Positions 11,153 to 21,548 of a stretch of 64,000 nt of DNA are shown here, one piece after another; positions within the stretch are counted from its first letter, which is position 1; the number at the start of each line of letters is the position of its first letter. The stretch lies in assembly GCA_905480575.1 (NCBI GenBank), contig CAJQQZ010000046.1, forward strand, positions 556 through 64,555, written 5' to 3'. The stretch comes from an uncultured Alphaproteobacteria bacterium. Its GTDB lineage: Bacteria > Pseudomonadota > Alphaproteobacteria > UBA7985 > CAJQQZ01. Position numbers and translations under genes: made by a program. The notes beneath the pieces were generated by a model. That model did not search any database, had not been told where the DNA came from, and saw nothing but the letters and a program-made list of their open reading frames with translations.

Positions 11153-12287
11153 TCTTTCTCAAGGCAGGTTCCAGCCGCTCTGGTGAAATAGCGTAACAAA
11201 GACGTAAATAATTTTCGTTGCCAGGGCCAAAGGTATAGCCTGCTGCAACGCCGACATGTTCGCTATGAAGAATACCCCTGGCGAGATCCAGTCCACTGCT
11301 TTTCATTTCCACCTTTGGGAAGGCATAGAATGCACCTTTGGGCTCCAAGAGGTGCACACGAGAATGTCCCCCGATTATGTCCATGACCATTTCTCGATTT
11401 TGCATGCACCGAGCATTGAAACGAGCGAGGAAGTCTTCACCTTCTTCGAGAGCAGCGACACCGCCATATTGAATAAAGGCGGTGGCTCCCGTGTTCATAC
11501 ACTCTGAGAAAACTGCCATTTGATCAGCCATGCCCGCTGGCGTTATCATCCAGCCCAAACGCCAACCTGTCATGGCCCAGGCTTTAGAAAATCCATTGAC
11601 GATAAAGACTGGATCTTCATCAGATGCGATTTCCATGAATGAGGGTGCAACGGTTGAACCGTCGTAAAGATTACGGTGGTAGACTTCGTCAGAGATGATG
11701 CCAAAACCCTTCTGCCTACTGAGGGCTAACATTTCTTTTTGCTGCTCTCCTGACATCACCCAACCGGTTGGGTTTGACGGCGTGTTGATATAGATCGCCT
11801 TTGTTTTTGGCGTTACGGCACTCTTGATTTTCTCCATGTCGAGGAACCACTGGCCGTCCTGTTCTTCCAAACGAACATCAACAGCAGTCGCACCGATCAT
11901 CTGAACTGCTGACAAAGCATTGGGCCAGAAAGGTGAGATCATAATGATCTCATCGCCTTTTTCGACAAGAGCCATCATCGACATATAAACGCTCAACATA
12001 GTAGAGCCCGGGACTGTTATGCGGTCGGGATCAAGATCGATTGCATATAGTTTGTCCAGGTATGTCTTTAAGGCATCTCGAAGCGGCATATGCCCACGGG
12101 CATAGTTGTACTTTGTCATCCCTCTATCAAGCGCGTCCTTTGCGGCTTGATTGATGAAATCCGGTGTATCGAGATCACTTTCCCCAAACCACAATGGAAC
12201 AGTGTCTGGAATGCTGAAACCCTCGAGCGCTATCCGCGTGATGCCAGAAAGCTCGAGATCCGTTATTTCAGGTCTGATGATTGCCAT
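11121..12287 (-). CDS. pyridoxal-phosphate-dependent aminotransferase, class I/II (aspartate-aminotransferase-like)
   Basis: 388 aa with the fold-type I aminotransferase pattern (NPTG, SKAWAMTGWRLGW with PLP lysine context). Confidence 0.85.
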   Translation of the reverse strand: MAIIRPEITDLELSGITRIALEGFSIPDTVPLWFGESDLDTPDFINQAAKDALDRGMTKYNYARGHMPLRDALKTYLDKLYAIDLDPDRITVPGSTMLSVYMSMMALVEKGDEIIMISPFWPNALSAVQMIGATAVDVRLEEQDGQWFLDMEKIKSAVTPKTKAIYINTPSNPTGWVMSGEQQKEMLALSRQKGFGIISDEVYHRNLYDGSTVAPSFMEIASDEDPVFIVNGFSKAWAMTGWRLGWMITPAGMADQMAVFSECMNTGATAFIQYGGVAALEEGEDFLARFNARCMQNREMVMDIIGGHSRVHLLEPKGAFYAFPKVEMKSSGLDLARGILHSEHVGVAAGYTFGPGNENYLRLCYAISPERLEPALRKIANYLDRNDI

Positions 12288-12292
12288 TTGGT

Positions 12293-14947
12293 TTATCCGG
12301 CCAGACTTGCTTTTAGGGCAGCCAAAGCTTCATCCGACTTTGATCCGTCCGGACCTCCGGCTTGTGCCATGTCTGGGCGTCCGCCCCCGCCTTTGCCACC
12401 TAACGCAGCCGAAGCGACGCGAACAAGATCCACAGCCGAATGGTTGGCAGTTTGATCTTCGGTCACCCCGACGACAACCGATGCCTTTCCCTCTGATACA
12501 GAAATGAGCGCAACAACGCCGGAACCGATCTGCTTTTTGATTTCATCGGCCATACTCTTGAGATCTTTGGCAGGCACGTCTTCTAGAACTTTGCCGGAAA
12601 ACTTGATGCCGTTGATTTCTTTCACTTCAACACCTGACCCGCTACCGCCACCAGTTGCTAGCTTCTTGCGCAAGTTGGCAACTTCGCGTTCGAGTTTTTT
12701 GCGTTCTTCCAAAAGCGACGAAACTCTGTCTGGCAGTTCTGCAGGTGTTACTTTCAGGCTATATGACATTTCGCCCAAAAGCGCGCTATCACGATTGAAG
12801 GCGTCCAAAGCTGCTTGTCCTGCCACAGCCTCGACACGGCGTACCCCAGCTGCAAGCCCCTCTTCGCGGACGAGTTTCACAAGGCCTATATCACCCGTTC
12901 TGGAGACATGTGTCCCGCCGCAAAGTTCCGTTGAAAAGAAACGACCAGCTTCTTTATCTGAGTCCTGTCCGCCCATTGATACAACCCGTACTTCATCGCC
13001 GTACTTCTCGCCAAACAGAGCCATCGCTCCTTCTTCAATGGCTTCATCGGGTGTCATCAGACGCGTGGTTACTTCAGAATTGTCAAGCACGCGCTCATTG
13101 ACCATACGCTCAACGTCGGCAATTTCCTCCCTCGTCATTGGCTTCGTGTGACTAAAATCAAATCGCAATCGGTCTGACGCCACCATAGAACCTTTTTGGG
13201 CAACGTGGTCACCCAAGAACCGGCGGAGCGCTTCATGCATCAGATGGGTTGCCGAATGGTGTTGACGCAGCGCAGAACGACGTCCGTGGTCCACGCTCAA
13301 CTCAACGGCATCACTAACGGAAAGCTTTCCGGAAGTAACGGTCCCACTATGGATCCATAGATCGCCTAATTTCTTCTGTGTTTCCTCCACAGTGATAGTC
13401 GTGTCACCGGATACCAGTTGCCCACTATCGCCTTGTTGACCACCTGACTCACCATAGAATGGCGTTTGATTGAGGATCACTTCAACGCGGTCACCTTGGC
13501 TCACATGGTCAACACGCTTGCCGTCGACAACCAAAGCTAAGACTTGGCCTTCCGCTTTCTCTGTGGTGTATCCGAGGAATTCCGTTGCACCCAGTTCTTC
13601 ACGAAGTTCGAACCAAAGTGTTTCTGTTGCTGCCCCTCCAGATCCCTTCCAGGCAGCGCGCGCGGCAGATTTTTGAGCATCCATTGCAGCATTGAAACCA
13701 TCTTCGTCCAGGCCACGTTCCTGCCCCCTAAGAATGTCTTGTGTCAGATCGAGCGGGAACCCGAATGTATCGTAAAGTTTAAACGCAACTCCTCCAGGTA
13801 GAGTTTCACCATCACCGAGTTTGTCTGTTTCCTGATTTAGGAGATGCAATCCACGATCAAGCGTTGTTTTGAATCGATTTTCCTCAAGCTTCAACGTCTC
13901 TTCGATCAGTGACTGAGCTCGGCCCAACTCTTTAAAGTGGCCACCCATTTCGTCGACCAAGGCAGGCACCAACCTATACATCAATGGATCGGTGCAGCCA
14001 ATCAGATGCGCGTGGCGCATCGCACGACGCATGATACGTCTTAGAACATAGCCACGCCCTTCATTTGAGGGCAAAACCCCATCGGCAATCAAAAAGGATG
14101 AGGCACGCAGATGGTCAGCAATCACTCTATGCGATATGTTATGGTCGCCGTCGGGTTCAGTTCCAGACTTCTGTGCAGAGTCCTCAATGAGGGCTCGCAT
14201 TAAGTCGGTGTCGTAGTTGTCGTGCTTCCCCTGGAGCAGGGCTGAAACACGTTCAAGGCCCATGCCGGTGTCAACAGATGGCTTCGGTAGGTCTGTTCGC
14301 GTGCCACCTTCCTGCTTCTCATACTGCATGAAAACCAGGTTCCAGATTTCAATAAATCGGTCACCGTCTTCTTCTGCAGATCCCGGAGGCCCGCCCCAGA
14401 TCGAGGGCCCATGGTCGTAGAAAATCTCTGTACATGGTCCACATGGTCCTGTGTCACCCATGGACCAGAAGTTGTCGTCTGTCGCAATTCTGATTATTTT
14501 GTCATCGCTTAATCCAGCGATCTTTTTCCAGAAGGAAACAGCTTCTTCGTCATCGTGGTAGACTGTGACGAGAAGCTTTTCTTTATCAAGCTCAAAGTCT
14601 TTGGTCACCAAATTCCAGGCGAGCTCGATCGCTCGTTCCTTAAAATAATCACCGAAGGAGAAATTACCCAGCATTTCAAAGAAGGTGTGGTGCCTCGCCG
14701 TATGACCGACGTTCTCTAGGTCATTGTGCTTACCACCCGCACGTACGCATTTTTGTGATGTCGTCGCTCGATTATAATCCCGCTTTTCCTGACCAGTGAA
14801 AACATTTTTGAACTGTACCATTCCGGCGGCAGTGAACATCAAAGTTGGGTCGTTCAATGGCACGAGTGGCGAAGAGTCGATTACGGAATGACCGTTCTCT
14901 CCAAAATAGTCCAAAAATTTGGTGCGGATTTCGTTAGCGGAAATCAT
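12293..14947 (-). CDS. alaS: alanine--tRNA ligase
   Basis: 884 aa with N-terminal [15 protein letters not shown], class II motifs, the editing-domain HxxxH/CxxxH and a C-terminal DHHA1 GGGG region. Confidence 0.97.
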   Translation of the reverse strand: MISANEIRTKFLDYFGENGHSVIDSSPLVPLNDPTLMFTAAGMVQFKNVFTGQEKRDYNRATTSQKCVRAGGKHNDLENVGHTARHHTFFEMLGNFSFGDYFKERAIELAWNLVTKDFELDKEKLLVTVYHDDEEAVSFWKKIAGLSDDKIIRIATDDNFWSMGDTGPCGPCTEIFYDHGPSIWGGPPGSAEEDGDRFIEIWNLVFMQYEKQEGGTRTDLPKPSVDTGMGLERVSALLQGKHDNYDTDLMRALIEDSAQKSGTEPDGDHNISHRVIADHLRASSFLIADGVLPSNEGRGYVLRRIMRRAMRHAHLIGCTDPLMYRLVPALVDEMGGHFKELGRAQSLIEETLKLEENRFKTTLDRGLHLLNQETDKLGDGETLPGGVAFKLYDTFGFPLDLTQDILRGQERGLDEDGFNAAMDAQKSAARAAWKGSGGAATETLWFELREELGATEFLGYTTEKAEGQVLALVVDGKRVDHVSQGDRVEVILNQTPFYGESGGQQGDSGQLVSGDTTITVEETQKKLGDLWIHSGTVTSGKLSVSDAVELSVDHGRRSALRQHHSATHLMHEALRRFLGDHVAQKGSMVASDRLRFDFSHTKPMTREEIADVERMVNERVLDNSEVTTRLMTPDEAIEEGAMALFGEKYGDEVRVVSMGGQDSDKEAGRFFSTELCGGTHVSRTGDIGLVKLVREEGLAAGVRRVEAVAGQAALDAFNRDSALLGEMSYSLKVTPAELPDRVSSLLEERKKLEREVANLRKKLATGGGSGSGVEVKEINGIKFSGKVLEDVPAKDLKSMADEIKKQIGSGVVALISVSEGKASVVVGVTEDQTANHSAVDLVRVASAALGGKGGGGRPDMAQAGGPDGSKSDEALAALKASLAG

Positions 14948-15069
14948 GTGAGCAGAGCCTTTATGAGTAGGTGTTCGTCGAAAAGAGCCTTGTTTTAGCG
15001 ATCTTTCCTAAAACTGTCTAGCAATCCCATGGGCATATTATCCCGAGATATGAAATGCTATATCCGCAA

Positions 15070-15104
15070 CAAAAAAGCGGCGAAACCCTGAGGCTTCGCC
15101 GCTT
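15070..15104 (-). terminator. rho-independent terminator downstream of recA
   Basis: Perfect 10-bp inverted repeat aagcggcgaa/ttcgccgctt (15075-15084 / 15095-15104). On the minus strand it is followed by a U run (complement of the A6 at 15071-15076). Confidence 0.6.
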
Positions 15105-15244
15105 CAAATTTGAGCCGACAACCGTCACTAAATAGAACGGTTTTCAGGATGTAAGAAACTGACTCTAACGAGAGCAAGCTTCTTGTGGAGTCAGGAAAAT
15201 TTTCTTTCTAACCCCACATCTATTTAGGTGCGCGAATCGGGAAA

Positions 15245-16318
15245 TCAAGAGTCTTCGCCGTCTAGGTCTCCAGGACCGTCAAGCAATGCGTCTGACAACA
15301 ACCCAGCGTTTCGGCGAATAGCGTCCTCAACCTTACCGGCTATCTCAGGGTTTTCCTTCAAGTACTTCTTAGCGTTCTCTCTTCCCTGGCCGATGCGTTC
15401 ATCAAAAGCAGAGAACCAGGAGCCAGACTTTTCAACCACGCCTGCATGAACACCAAGATCGAGCATCTCACCCAGTTTTGAAACACCCTCACCGTACATA
15501 ATGTCCAGTTCCACCTTACGGAAAGGAGGCGCCATTTTATTCTTAACAACTTTAATCGTGGTCTGGTTGCCGACAATTTGATCCTTGTCTTTGATTTGAC
15601 CTACCCGGCGAATATCGAGGCGTACCGAAGCGTAGAACTTCAGTGCGTTACCGCCAGTCGTTGTTTCTGGGTTACCAAACATAACACCAATCTTCATACG
15701 GAGCTGGTTAATGAAGATAACCATCGTTCCGGATTTATGAATAGACCCCGTCAGCTTTCTGAGTGCCTGGCTCATCAGGCGAGCTTGCAGACCTGGAAGA
15801 GAGGCTCCCATATCGCCTTCAAGTTCAGCACGAGGCACCAAAGCGGCAACGGAGTCAACAACAAGAACATCAACAGCACCAGAGCGCACCAATGTATCAG
15901 TAATCTCCAAAGACTGCTCACCTGTATCAGGTTGCGAAATCAGCAGATCATCTAGATTAACACCAAGCTTTTTGGCGTAAGAGGGATCGAGAGCATGCTC
16001 AGCATCAATGAAAGCACAAGTGCCGCCACTTTTCTGAGCTTCCGCAATAACATGTAACGCCAAAGTGGTTTTACCAGAACTTTCTGGGCCATAAACCTCA
16101 ACGATCCGCCCCTTTGGAAGACCACCAATACCGAGAGCGATATCGAGCCCCAGGCTACCGGTTGAAATCACTTCAGCTTCTACAGCTGGATTAGAGGCCC
16201 CTAGCTTCATGATCGAGCCTTTACCAAAGGCCTTCTCAATTTGGCTAATCGCAGCGCCTAGCGCTTTATCTTTATTACTATCGTCCATTTCAACCAGCCT
16301 TAAATCCGCTTGTCCCAT
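15245..16318 (-). CDS. recA: recombinase RecA
   Basis: 357 aa with Walker [10 protein letters not shown] and the highly conserved RecA core. Confidence 0.97.
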   Translation of the reverse strand: MGQADLRLVEMDDSNKDKALGAAISQIEKAFGKGSIMKLGASNPAVEAEVISTGSLGLDIALGIGGLPKGRIVEVYGPESSGKTTLALHVIAEAQKSGGTCAFIDAEHALDPSYAKKLGVNLDDLLISQPDTGEQSLEITDTLVRSGAVDVLVVDSVAALVPRAELEGDMGASLPGLQARLMSQALRKLTGSIHKSGTMVIFINQLRMKIGVMFGNPETTTGGNALKFYASVRLDIRRVGQIKDKDQIVGNQTTIKVVKNKMAPPFRKVELDIMYGEGVSKLGEMLDLGVHAGVVEKSGSWFSAFDERIGQGRENAKKYLKENPEIAGKVEDAIRRNAGLLSDALLDGPGDLDGEDS

Positions 16319-16392
16319 GATGTGCTCCTCTTATTTCATGGCCACTAATAGATGGCAATTTAAAATCGATTCGGTTTTGTAAGGAGCCAATA

Positions 16393-16444
16393 TTTGTACC
16401 TCTTTTGTCCCAAAGTCAATTGAAAAGAACAAAAAGAGTACAAA
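16393..16444. promoter_or_regulatory. candidate SOS (LexA) boxes in recA promoter region
   Basis: Imperfect inverted repeat tttgtacctcttttgt ... acaaaaagagtacaaa. The right element reads GAAC-N7-GTAC and the left GTAC-N7-GTCC, resembling the alphaproteobacterial GTTC-N7-GTTC / GAAC-N7-GAAC LexA motif. It lies about 100-140 nt upstream of the recA start. Confidence 0.35.
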
Positions 16445-16495
16445 TTCGAAATTTTATGTAGCTTGGCAAAGAACAGGGGGGCTACACCAGAAACG

Positions 16496-16918
16496 TTAGT
16501 CGTCTCGGTGTAGCTTTTCGTTCTTCTCGTGCTTCTCTTGTGCTTCGAGCGTCATTGTCGCTATAGGCCGAGCTTCTAGACGAGCGAGTTCAATAGGCTC
16601 GTCGGTATGCTCGCAGTAGCCATAGCTTTCATCCTCGATACGGCGCAGAGCGGCATCGATTTTAGAAATTAGCTTTCGAACACGATCTTTGGTGCGTAGT
16701 TCAAGAGCATGCCCAGTTTCTAGCGTCGCGCGATCCCCCATTTCAGCGGCCGAGAGATTCTCTTCCTTGAGATGGTGAATGGTCTCGCTCGAACTTTCAA
16801 GCAACTCGTCTTTCCACGTTTGAAGCTTTGCCTGGAAATAGGCCAGCTGCACGGGATTCATAAAGGGCTCGTCTGCACTCGGACGATAATCGTGAGGTAC
16901 GGTCGGCAACGACATCAA
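16496..16918 (-). CDS. dksA: RNA-polymerase-binding transcription factor DksA (TraR/DksA family), zinc-finger-less variant
   Basis: 140 aa with coiled-coil and C-terminal ...YGYCEHTDEPIELARLEARPIATMTLEAQ. Only one of the four canonical Cys is retained. Confidence 0.85.
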   Translation of the reverse strand: MMSLPTVPHDYRPSADEPFMNPVQLAYFQAKLQTWKDELLESSSETIHHLKEENLSAAEMGDRATLETGHALELRTKDRVRKLISKIDAALRRIEDESYGYCEHTDEPIELARLEARPIATMTLEAQEKHEKNEKLHRDD

Positions 16919-17321
16919 AAATAATCCTGCGAACTCAAAAAGTATCTCGTCAAACCTAGCGCGTTAGCGCTGCATTCCAATGGGCTTCAAGCCTAACTTT
17001 ACTCAACGGTCAAGTAGAAATTTCAGCCTTTTGGGCAGAGCATGGTCTTTTCAAAAGGAAGTGAGGCACCGAACTGGGAAATATGAGCCTTTCAGTTTTG
17101 TTCAGGTGATTCGCGCGATGTCGATTTGCGGAAGACGTAGCGAATCCGACTCTCTCGATTCTTTTTTTGCGAATTGCGACGCAAACGCGGTTTTTCAAAC
17201 CCGACTCCTTAGCATTGTCGGAATCTGCTTGAAGTCACGTCACCTGTGGCTAAACTATTGGGAATTAATATATTTTGAGACCAACAGCCTTATTTTGGCT
17301 GATACTTTTAGGCCGACATTA

Positions 17322-18650
17322 ATGAAGAAAAAACTTTCATTTCAAGAGACTTTTTCCGTCTCGAAGAAAGCTGCATTTTTAGTAACTACGGTTTTCTTAT
17401 CAAACTCCCTCGTAAGCGTAAGTCATGCAGACCGTTCTGATTTTGTCTTGTCGGACAACATTTGGAATTCATCAACCTCATCACCAGCGCCAATTTATGA
17501 GAGCCTGGATAGTGATCGTTATTCTGCGCCCTCACAGGATTCTTACCAAGCGCCCCAGCCTCAATCTTTGGCAAATGCTCCCACAATTGGTAACTCCAGA
17601 CCCTATTCGGGCATTCCTTCAAAGGTATGGCACGCAACTGGTGATTTGACGACCTATGTCCCACCAAAGCCTCAATATGACGGTTCGTTGGCGCAGCCCG
17701 ATCCAAATCTGTCCAAAAGCTGGCCAGACTTGCCTGTCGTTCAAGCCGCTCCGCTGCCGCCCGATCCAACCTTTGTTACCCAGGAACCTCTACGCAAGTT
17801 CCATCTCCCAGTTGAGCCACAGCCTGTTAGGATTCCTCAAGCTCAGCCTGAACCAAAGCCGCAAAAAATAGCCAGCTGGGGAAGCTTTAACTTTGGCGCG
17901 ACATCAAACAAGGGCCGAAAGTCTCAACCACGGTTGGAAACTAATTGGGGCAAGAAATCACGGCAGGTCGTGAATACCCCTCCCACCACTGGAGCAGAAC
18001 CCCAATATCGTTCGGGTACGGCCTATTTAAATGAGGAATTGCCGGCGGTCGAAACTGCGCGTCCGGTTCCAAAAGATGCTTATACTATTCAGAGCTATTA
18101 CACACCGAACTGGGTCATTGATCAAAAAGTTCGCGATCATGTGTGGAACAGCCGGACCGGAAACTGGGTTTCAGAAGCTCCTTCTCCAGCCGAAGTCGTT
18201 ACTGCTTTGGCCTATGGCTATCAGCCTCCCGGCGGCGACGGGTACAACCTAATTGGTTCCCCAAACGAGATCGCTATTGTTAACGACAGTATTCGCGACC
18301 TTAGCCCGGCGCAACTCGCTTCTAACGAACCCGTCGCTTCTGGCGACATGGCGAAGCTGGTCCACGCCCGTCTCTATTCAGTGCCAATGGATCCACCGGC
18401 TCATTTCCTCCATGTTATTGGGCGCTTGGAAAGCACTTGTCGTGCTCCTGGTCCCGTTGGACAGTGGGAGAACGAAGGCAAGTCGATGGTGCAAATCCCT
18501 CTCATCGGTGCTTTACCGCCTTCTAACTATGCCTGCCAACAAACAAGAGTTTTGTTTGAGCGCTACATCCGTGTGGCCAATGTGCCAGCGAGCGCGAAGG
18601 ATGGCTCACATTTGGTCGTCATCAATGGAAGACAAATTCCTGTCCGTTAA
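17322..18650 (+). CDS. secreted Pro/Gln-rich hypothetical protein
   Basis: Start set at ATG 17322 (MKKKLSFQ...VSVSHA signal peptide). The upstream 114 codons of the track ORF lack coding character. The central part is a low-complexity P/Q-rich region, and the C-terminal roughly 120 aa form an unassigned globular domain. Confidence 0.55.
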   Translation: MKKKLSFQETFSVSKKAAFLVTTVFLSNSLVSVSHADRSDFVLSDNIWNSSTSSPAPIYESLDSDRYSAPSQDSYQAPQPQSLANAPTIGNSRPYSGIPSKVWHATGDLTTYVPPKPQYDGSLAQPDPNLSKSWPDLPVVQAAPLPPDPTFVTQEPLRKFHLPVEPQPVRIPQAQPEPKPQKIASWGSFNFGATSNKGRKSQPRLETNWGKKSRQVVNTPPTTGAEPQYRSGTAYLNEELPAVETARPVPKDAYTIQSYYTPNWVIDQKVRDHVWNSRTGNWVSEAPSPAEVVTALAYGYQPPGGDGYNLIGSPNEIAIVNDSIRDLSPAQLASNEPVASGDMAKLVHARLYSVPMDPPAHFLHVIGRLESTCRAPGPVGQWENEGKSMVQIPLIGALPPSNYACQQTRVLFERYIRVANVPASAKDGSHLVVINGRQIPVR

Positions 18651-18676
18651 GAAAACGGTTTAGGACAATTGTTAAA

Positions 18677-18713
18677 CGGCTTTGAGTCCCTGCAACTCAG
18701 AGCCGTTTTTTTT
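18677..18713 (+). terminator. rho-independent terminator
   Basis: cggctttgag / ctcagagccg form a 10-bp stem with one G-U pair, followed by T8. Sits between convergent genes. Confidence 0.6.
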
Positions 18714-18720
18714 GTGGTCT

Positions 18721-19479
18721 TCAATGACTAAGTGCCAATTGGAAAAATACGAATGAGAGAACCCCAAGCGTCATCGTAATGGCGACGAGAGAACGCGACC
18801 CTTGTTCAAGCGCCTCTGGCACTAACTCTTCGAAAGTCATCCAGATCATTGCCCCAGCTGCCAATCCAAGCCCGATAGGCAGGAAGGGCTTAAAAACAAT
18901 CATCAATAGAAAGGCCGGGACCGCGAGCAGAGGTTGGGGCAAACTCGTAAACACCGCCCAGGCCGCTGATTTCCAAATAGAAACACCCCTTGGTATCAAG
19001 ATTAAGGCGATCGCCAAACCTTCTGGAATGTTATGAAGGGCAATCGCCACTGTCACCAAAACACCAAATTCAACCGTGTTGCCAAATGAGACCCCCACCG
19101 AAATACCTTCAGCCGCGGAATGCACAGTCATGATGCCAAGAATGAACAGAATTTTCTTAAAATCTGCCTGGCTCACCCCTTCTATTGTTTGATCGGCTCC
19201 CCCGCTTTTCATTAGGATTCGATTTCCCAGAACAACCAGCATCAATCCAAGAACAGCTCCCAAGATGGTTTTCCATGAGCTGAATTCTGCTCCCTCGTCC
19301 AACAACGAAAAAGAAGCCGACAACATCAGAGCAGCAGCGAGCGAATTTGCAATGGCCATCTGCCTCTTCGATAATTTTTCCACGAATAGGAATGGCAAAA
19401 CCCCCAGCCCGGTTGCGATTGCGGTGATGCAAGCAAGGAGAAATACGTCTACTGATTCTTGAAACATGATTCCCACCAT
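18721..19479 (-). CDS. zupT: ZIP-family divalent metal (zinc) transporter, ZupT-like
   Basis: 252 aa with 8 TM helices and the HSAAEGISVG / HNIPEGLA metal-binding signatures of ZIP transporters. Confidence 0.85.
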   Translation of the reverse strand: MVGIMFQESVDVFLLACITAIATGLGVLPFLFVEKLSKRQMAIANSLAAALMLSASFSLLDEGAEFSSWKTILGAVLGLMLVVLGNRILMKSGGADQTIEGVSQADFKKILFILGIMTVHSAAEGISVGVSFGNTVEFGVLVTVAIALHNIPEGLAIALILIPRGVSIWKSAAWAVFTSLPQPLLAVPAFLLMIVFKPFLPIGLGLAAGAMIWMTFEELVPEALEQGSRSLVAITMTLGVLSFVFFQLALSH

Positions 19480-19495
19480 TTAGAATGATTCTAAA
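19479..19495. promoter_or_regulatory. 17-bp perfect palindrome TTTAGAAT-G-ATTCTAAA overlapping the zupT start (candidate Zur/Fur-family operator)
   Basis: Seen directly in the sequence: 8-bp arms around a single central base. Sits in the divergent zupT / DUF3553-fds promoter region. Confidence 0.4.
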
Positions 19496-19639
19496 CTAGT
19501 GCACAGCCCCTTATCCGGCAAGCGAAAGCTGCCCGATAGCCTCTCCCCTGTTTTTGTCGCTAGGTAGTGCAAGTCTGTCGTAAACGATCTAAGCGCAAAA
19601 CACCCTTTTTGTGTTAAAACGCAGCCAAGAAAGAACCAT

Positions 19640-19843
19640 ATGTCCAATCCATTTCTCACACCTGGTGCATTCGTTATCAATCGCCTCGAACTTTCTTGGG
19701 GCTTGGGTCAGATCCAATCGGCCATTGGAAACAAAATCACTGTCAACTTTGAACAAGTTGGTAAGGTCGTCGTGAATTCGGACTATGTGAATCTAGAAAT
19801 AGTCGACGCAGAAGATAATAGCTGGAGAAGCCCTGATGCCTGA
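19640..19843 (+). CDS. DUF3553-like small protein
   Basis: 67 aa, MSNPFLTPGAFVINRLELSWGLGQIQSAIGNKITVNFEQVGKV, matching the small conserved alphaproteobacterial DUF3553 pattern. It ends 8 nt into fdsB. Confidence 0.55.
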   Translation: MSNPFLTPGAFVINRLELSWGLGQIQSAIGNKITVNFEQVGKVVVNSDYVNLEIVDAEDNSWRSPDA

Positions 19844-21539
19844 TGGCAGCCAACCAAACTCACGTAGAATGCACCCAGGTCAGGGTCGACGCAAAGCCAG
19901 CCCGACACCTAAAGGTCGTCAGATTGATACAGTCGCCGCTTCCGAGGTACAGGAACTGCTCGGCGACCGTGAAATCCGCCGCGATTTGCTGATCCAATAC
20001 CTGCATTTGATCCAGGATAAATTCGGCTGCTTGCAAAGCTCTCATCTCGCTGCTTTGGCAGATGAAATGAAGCTGTCTATGAGTGAAGTCTTCGAAGTGG
20101 CTTCTTTCTACGCACATTTCGACATTGTCTTCGATGATGAGACGCCGCCTCCACCACTGACTATTCGTGTTTGCGAGAGTTTGACGTGTGAGCTTAAGGG
20201 CGCGCAGGACATCCTGAAAAACTTGCCCGCTGCTGTCGGTGATCAAGTTCGTGTTGTTGGCGCGCCTTGTATGGGCCGCTGCCAATGTGCGCCGGTTGCC
20301 GAAGTTGGTCATAACCATGTCGACAACGCTACGGTCGCGTCGCTCAGTAAAGCTGCCGTCGACAAAGACACGCATCCGAGGATCCCTGCTTACATTTCAT
20401 ACGACGACTACGTTGCTGGCGGTGGTTACAATTTGCTGAAAGATCTTCAAGCAGGCAAAACCACACCAGAAGCCCTGATCACGACCATGAAGGACTCAGG
20501 TCTTCGTGGTCTTGGTGGCGCGGGCTTCCCATCTGGCATGAAGTGGGACTTTGTTCGTCGTGAACCAGCGCCGCGGTTGATGGCAATCAACGGCGATGAA
20601 GGTGAACCAGGTACGTTCAAAGACCGACATTACCTTGAAACTGATCCACATCGCTTCCTTGAGGGCATGTTGGTCGCTGCAACAGTCGCAGAAGCAGAGA
20701 CAGTGTTCGTCTACATCCGTGACGAGTACCCGGCGGTCCTTGAAATTCTGGAAAAGGAAATAGCCCGCGTTGTAAGCGAAGGTCTAAACGGCTCAACAGG
20801 CATTGAACTTAGACGTGGTGCAGGCGCTTATATTTGCGGCGAAGAATCAGCCATGCTTGAATCAATTGAAGGCAAGCGGGGCCTGCCCAGACACAAGCCG
20901 CCTTACCCAACGCAAGTAGGCCTTTTCGGTCGTCCAACGCTGATCCACAACGTCGAAACCGTCTACTGGGTTCGTGAGATTGTTGAAAAAGGCGCTGAAT
21001 GGTTCACACGACAAGGTGCGAACGGTCGCAAAGGTCTGAGATCTTACTCAGTTTCTGGCCACGTAAAGAACCCAGGTGTCGTTCTAGCCCCAGCTGGTAC
21101 AACGATCCAGGAGCTGATTGATAACTACTGCGGCGGTATGGAAGATGGTCATACTTTCAAAGCCTACCTGCCAGGTGGTGCTTCTGGAGGTATTCTACCA
21201 GCGCGGTTGAATTCTATTCCGCTCGATTTCGACACCTTGCAAGAATACGATTGCTTCATCGGTTCAGCGGCAGTCGTGATCTTGTCCGATCAGGATAATA
21301 TGAAAGCTGTTGGCCTCAACCTCATGAAGTTCTTTGAGGATGAAAGCTGTGGCCAGTGCACTCCGTGCAGAAATGGCACAGAAAAAGCCGTACAGTTGAT
21401 GAGTGAAGAAAAATGGGACGTCGAGCTGCTCGCCGATCTCAGCCAAGTCATGATGGACAGCTCCATTTGTGGTCTCGGTCAGGCGGCCCCTAACCCGCTG
21501 AATTCAATCATCAAGCATTTCTCCGACGATCTAGCGTAG
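19836..21539 (+). CDS. fdsB: NAD-dependent formate dehydrogenase beta subunit with fused NuoE-like N-terminal domain
   Basis: 567 aa. The N-terminal roughly 150 aa carry NuoE/FdsG-like helices and 2Fe-2S cysteines (CESLTC...CMGRCQCAP). The remainder is the NuoF-like FMN/NADH/4Fe-4S module (GLRGLGGAGFPSG, CGQCTPC). Confidence 0.85.
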   Translation: MPDGSQPNSRRMHPGQGRRKASPTPKGRQIDTVAASEVQELLGDREIRRDLLIQYLHLIQDKFGCLQSSHLAALADEMKLSMSEVFEVASFYAHFDIVFDDETPPPPLTIRVCESLTCELKGAQDILKNLPAAVGDQVRVVGAPCMGRCQCAPVAEVGHNHVDNATVASLSKAAVDKDTHPRIPAYISYDDYVAGGGYNLLKDLQAGKTTPEALITTMKDSGLRGLGGAGFPSGMKWDFVRREPAPRLMAINGDEGEPGTFKDRHYLETDPHRFLEGMLVAATVAEAETVFVYIRDEYPAVLEILEKEIARVVSEGLNGSTGIELRRGAGAYICGEESAMLESIEGKRGLPRHKPPYPTQVGLFGRPTLIHNVETVYWVREIVEKGAEWFTRQGANGRKGLRSYSVSGHVKNPGVVLAPAGTTIQELIDNYCGGMEDGHTFKAYLPGGASGGILPARLNSIPLDFDTLQEYDCFIGSAAVVILSDQDNMKAVGLNLMKFFEDESCGQCTPCRNGTEKAVQLMSEEKWDVELLADLSQVMMDSSICGLGQAAPNPLNSIIKHFSDDLA

Positions 21540-21548
21540 GAAAGACAA

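Noticed and set aside
12504-13151. Long antisense ORFs inside alaS, fdsA, metY, recA, bamB and others (for example 12504-13151, 22351-22728, 19860-20375, 55606-56205)
   Set aside because: These are shadow ORFs on the opposite strand of well-supported conserved genes, with low-complexity or Arg/Ser/Pro-rich translations typical of out-of-frame GC-rich sequence.
16496-16918. DksA lacking 3 of 4 zinc-finger cysteines as a novelty
   Set aside because: Zinc-finger-less DksA variants are, to my recollection, common in alphaproteobacteria. I note it as a lineage clue, not a discovery.
16980-17321. N-terminal 114 codons of the track ORF 16980-18650
   Set aside because: No coding-like composition. 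A canonical signal peptide begins at the internal MKKK (17322), and the upstream part is more plausibly a 5' leader.
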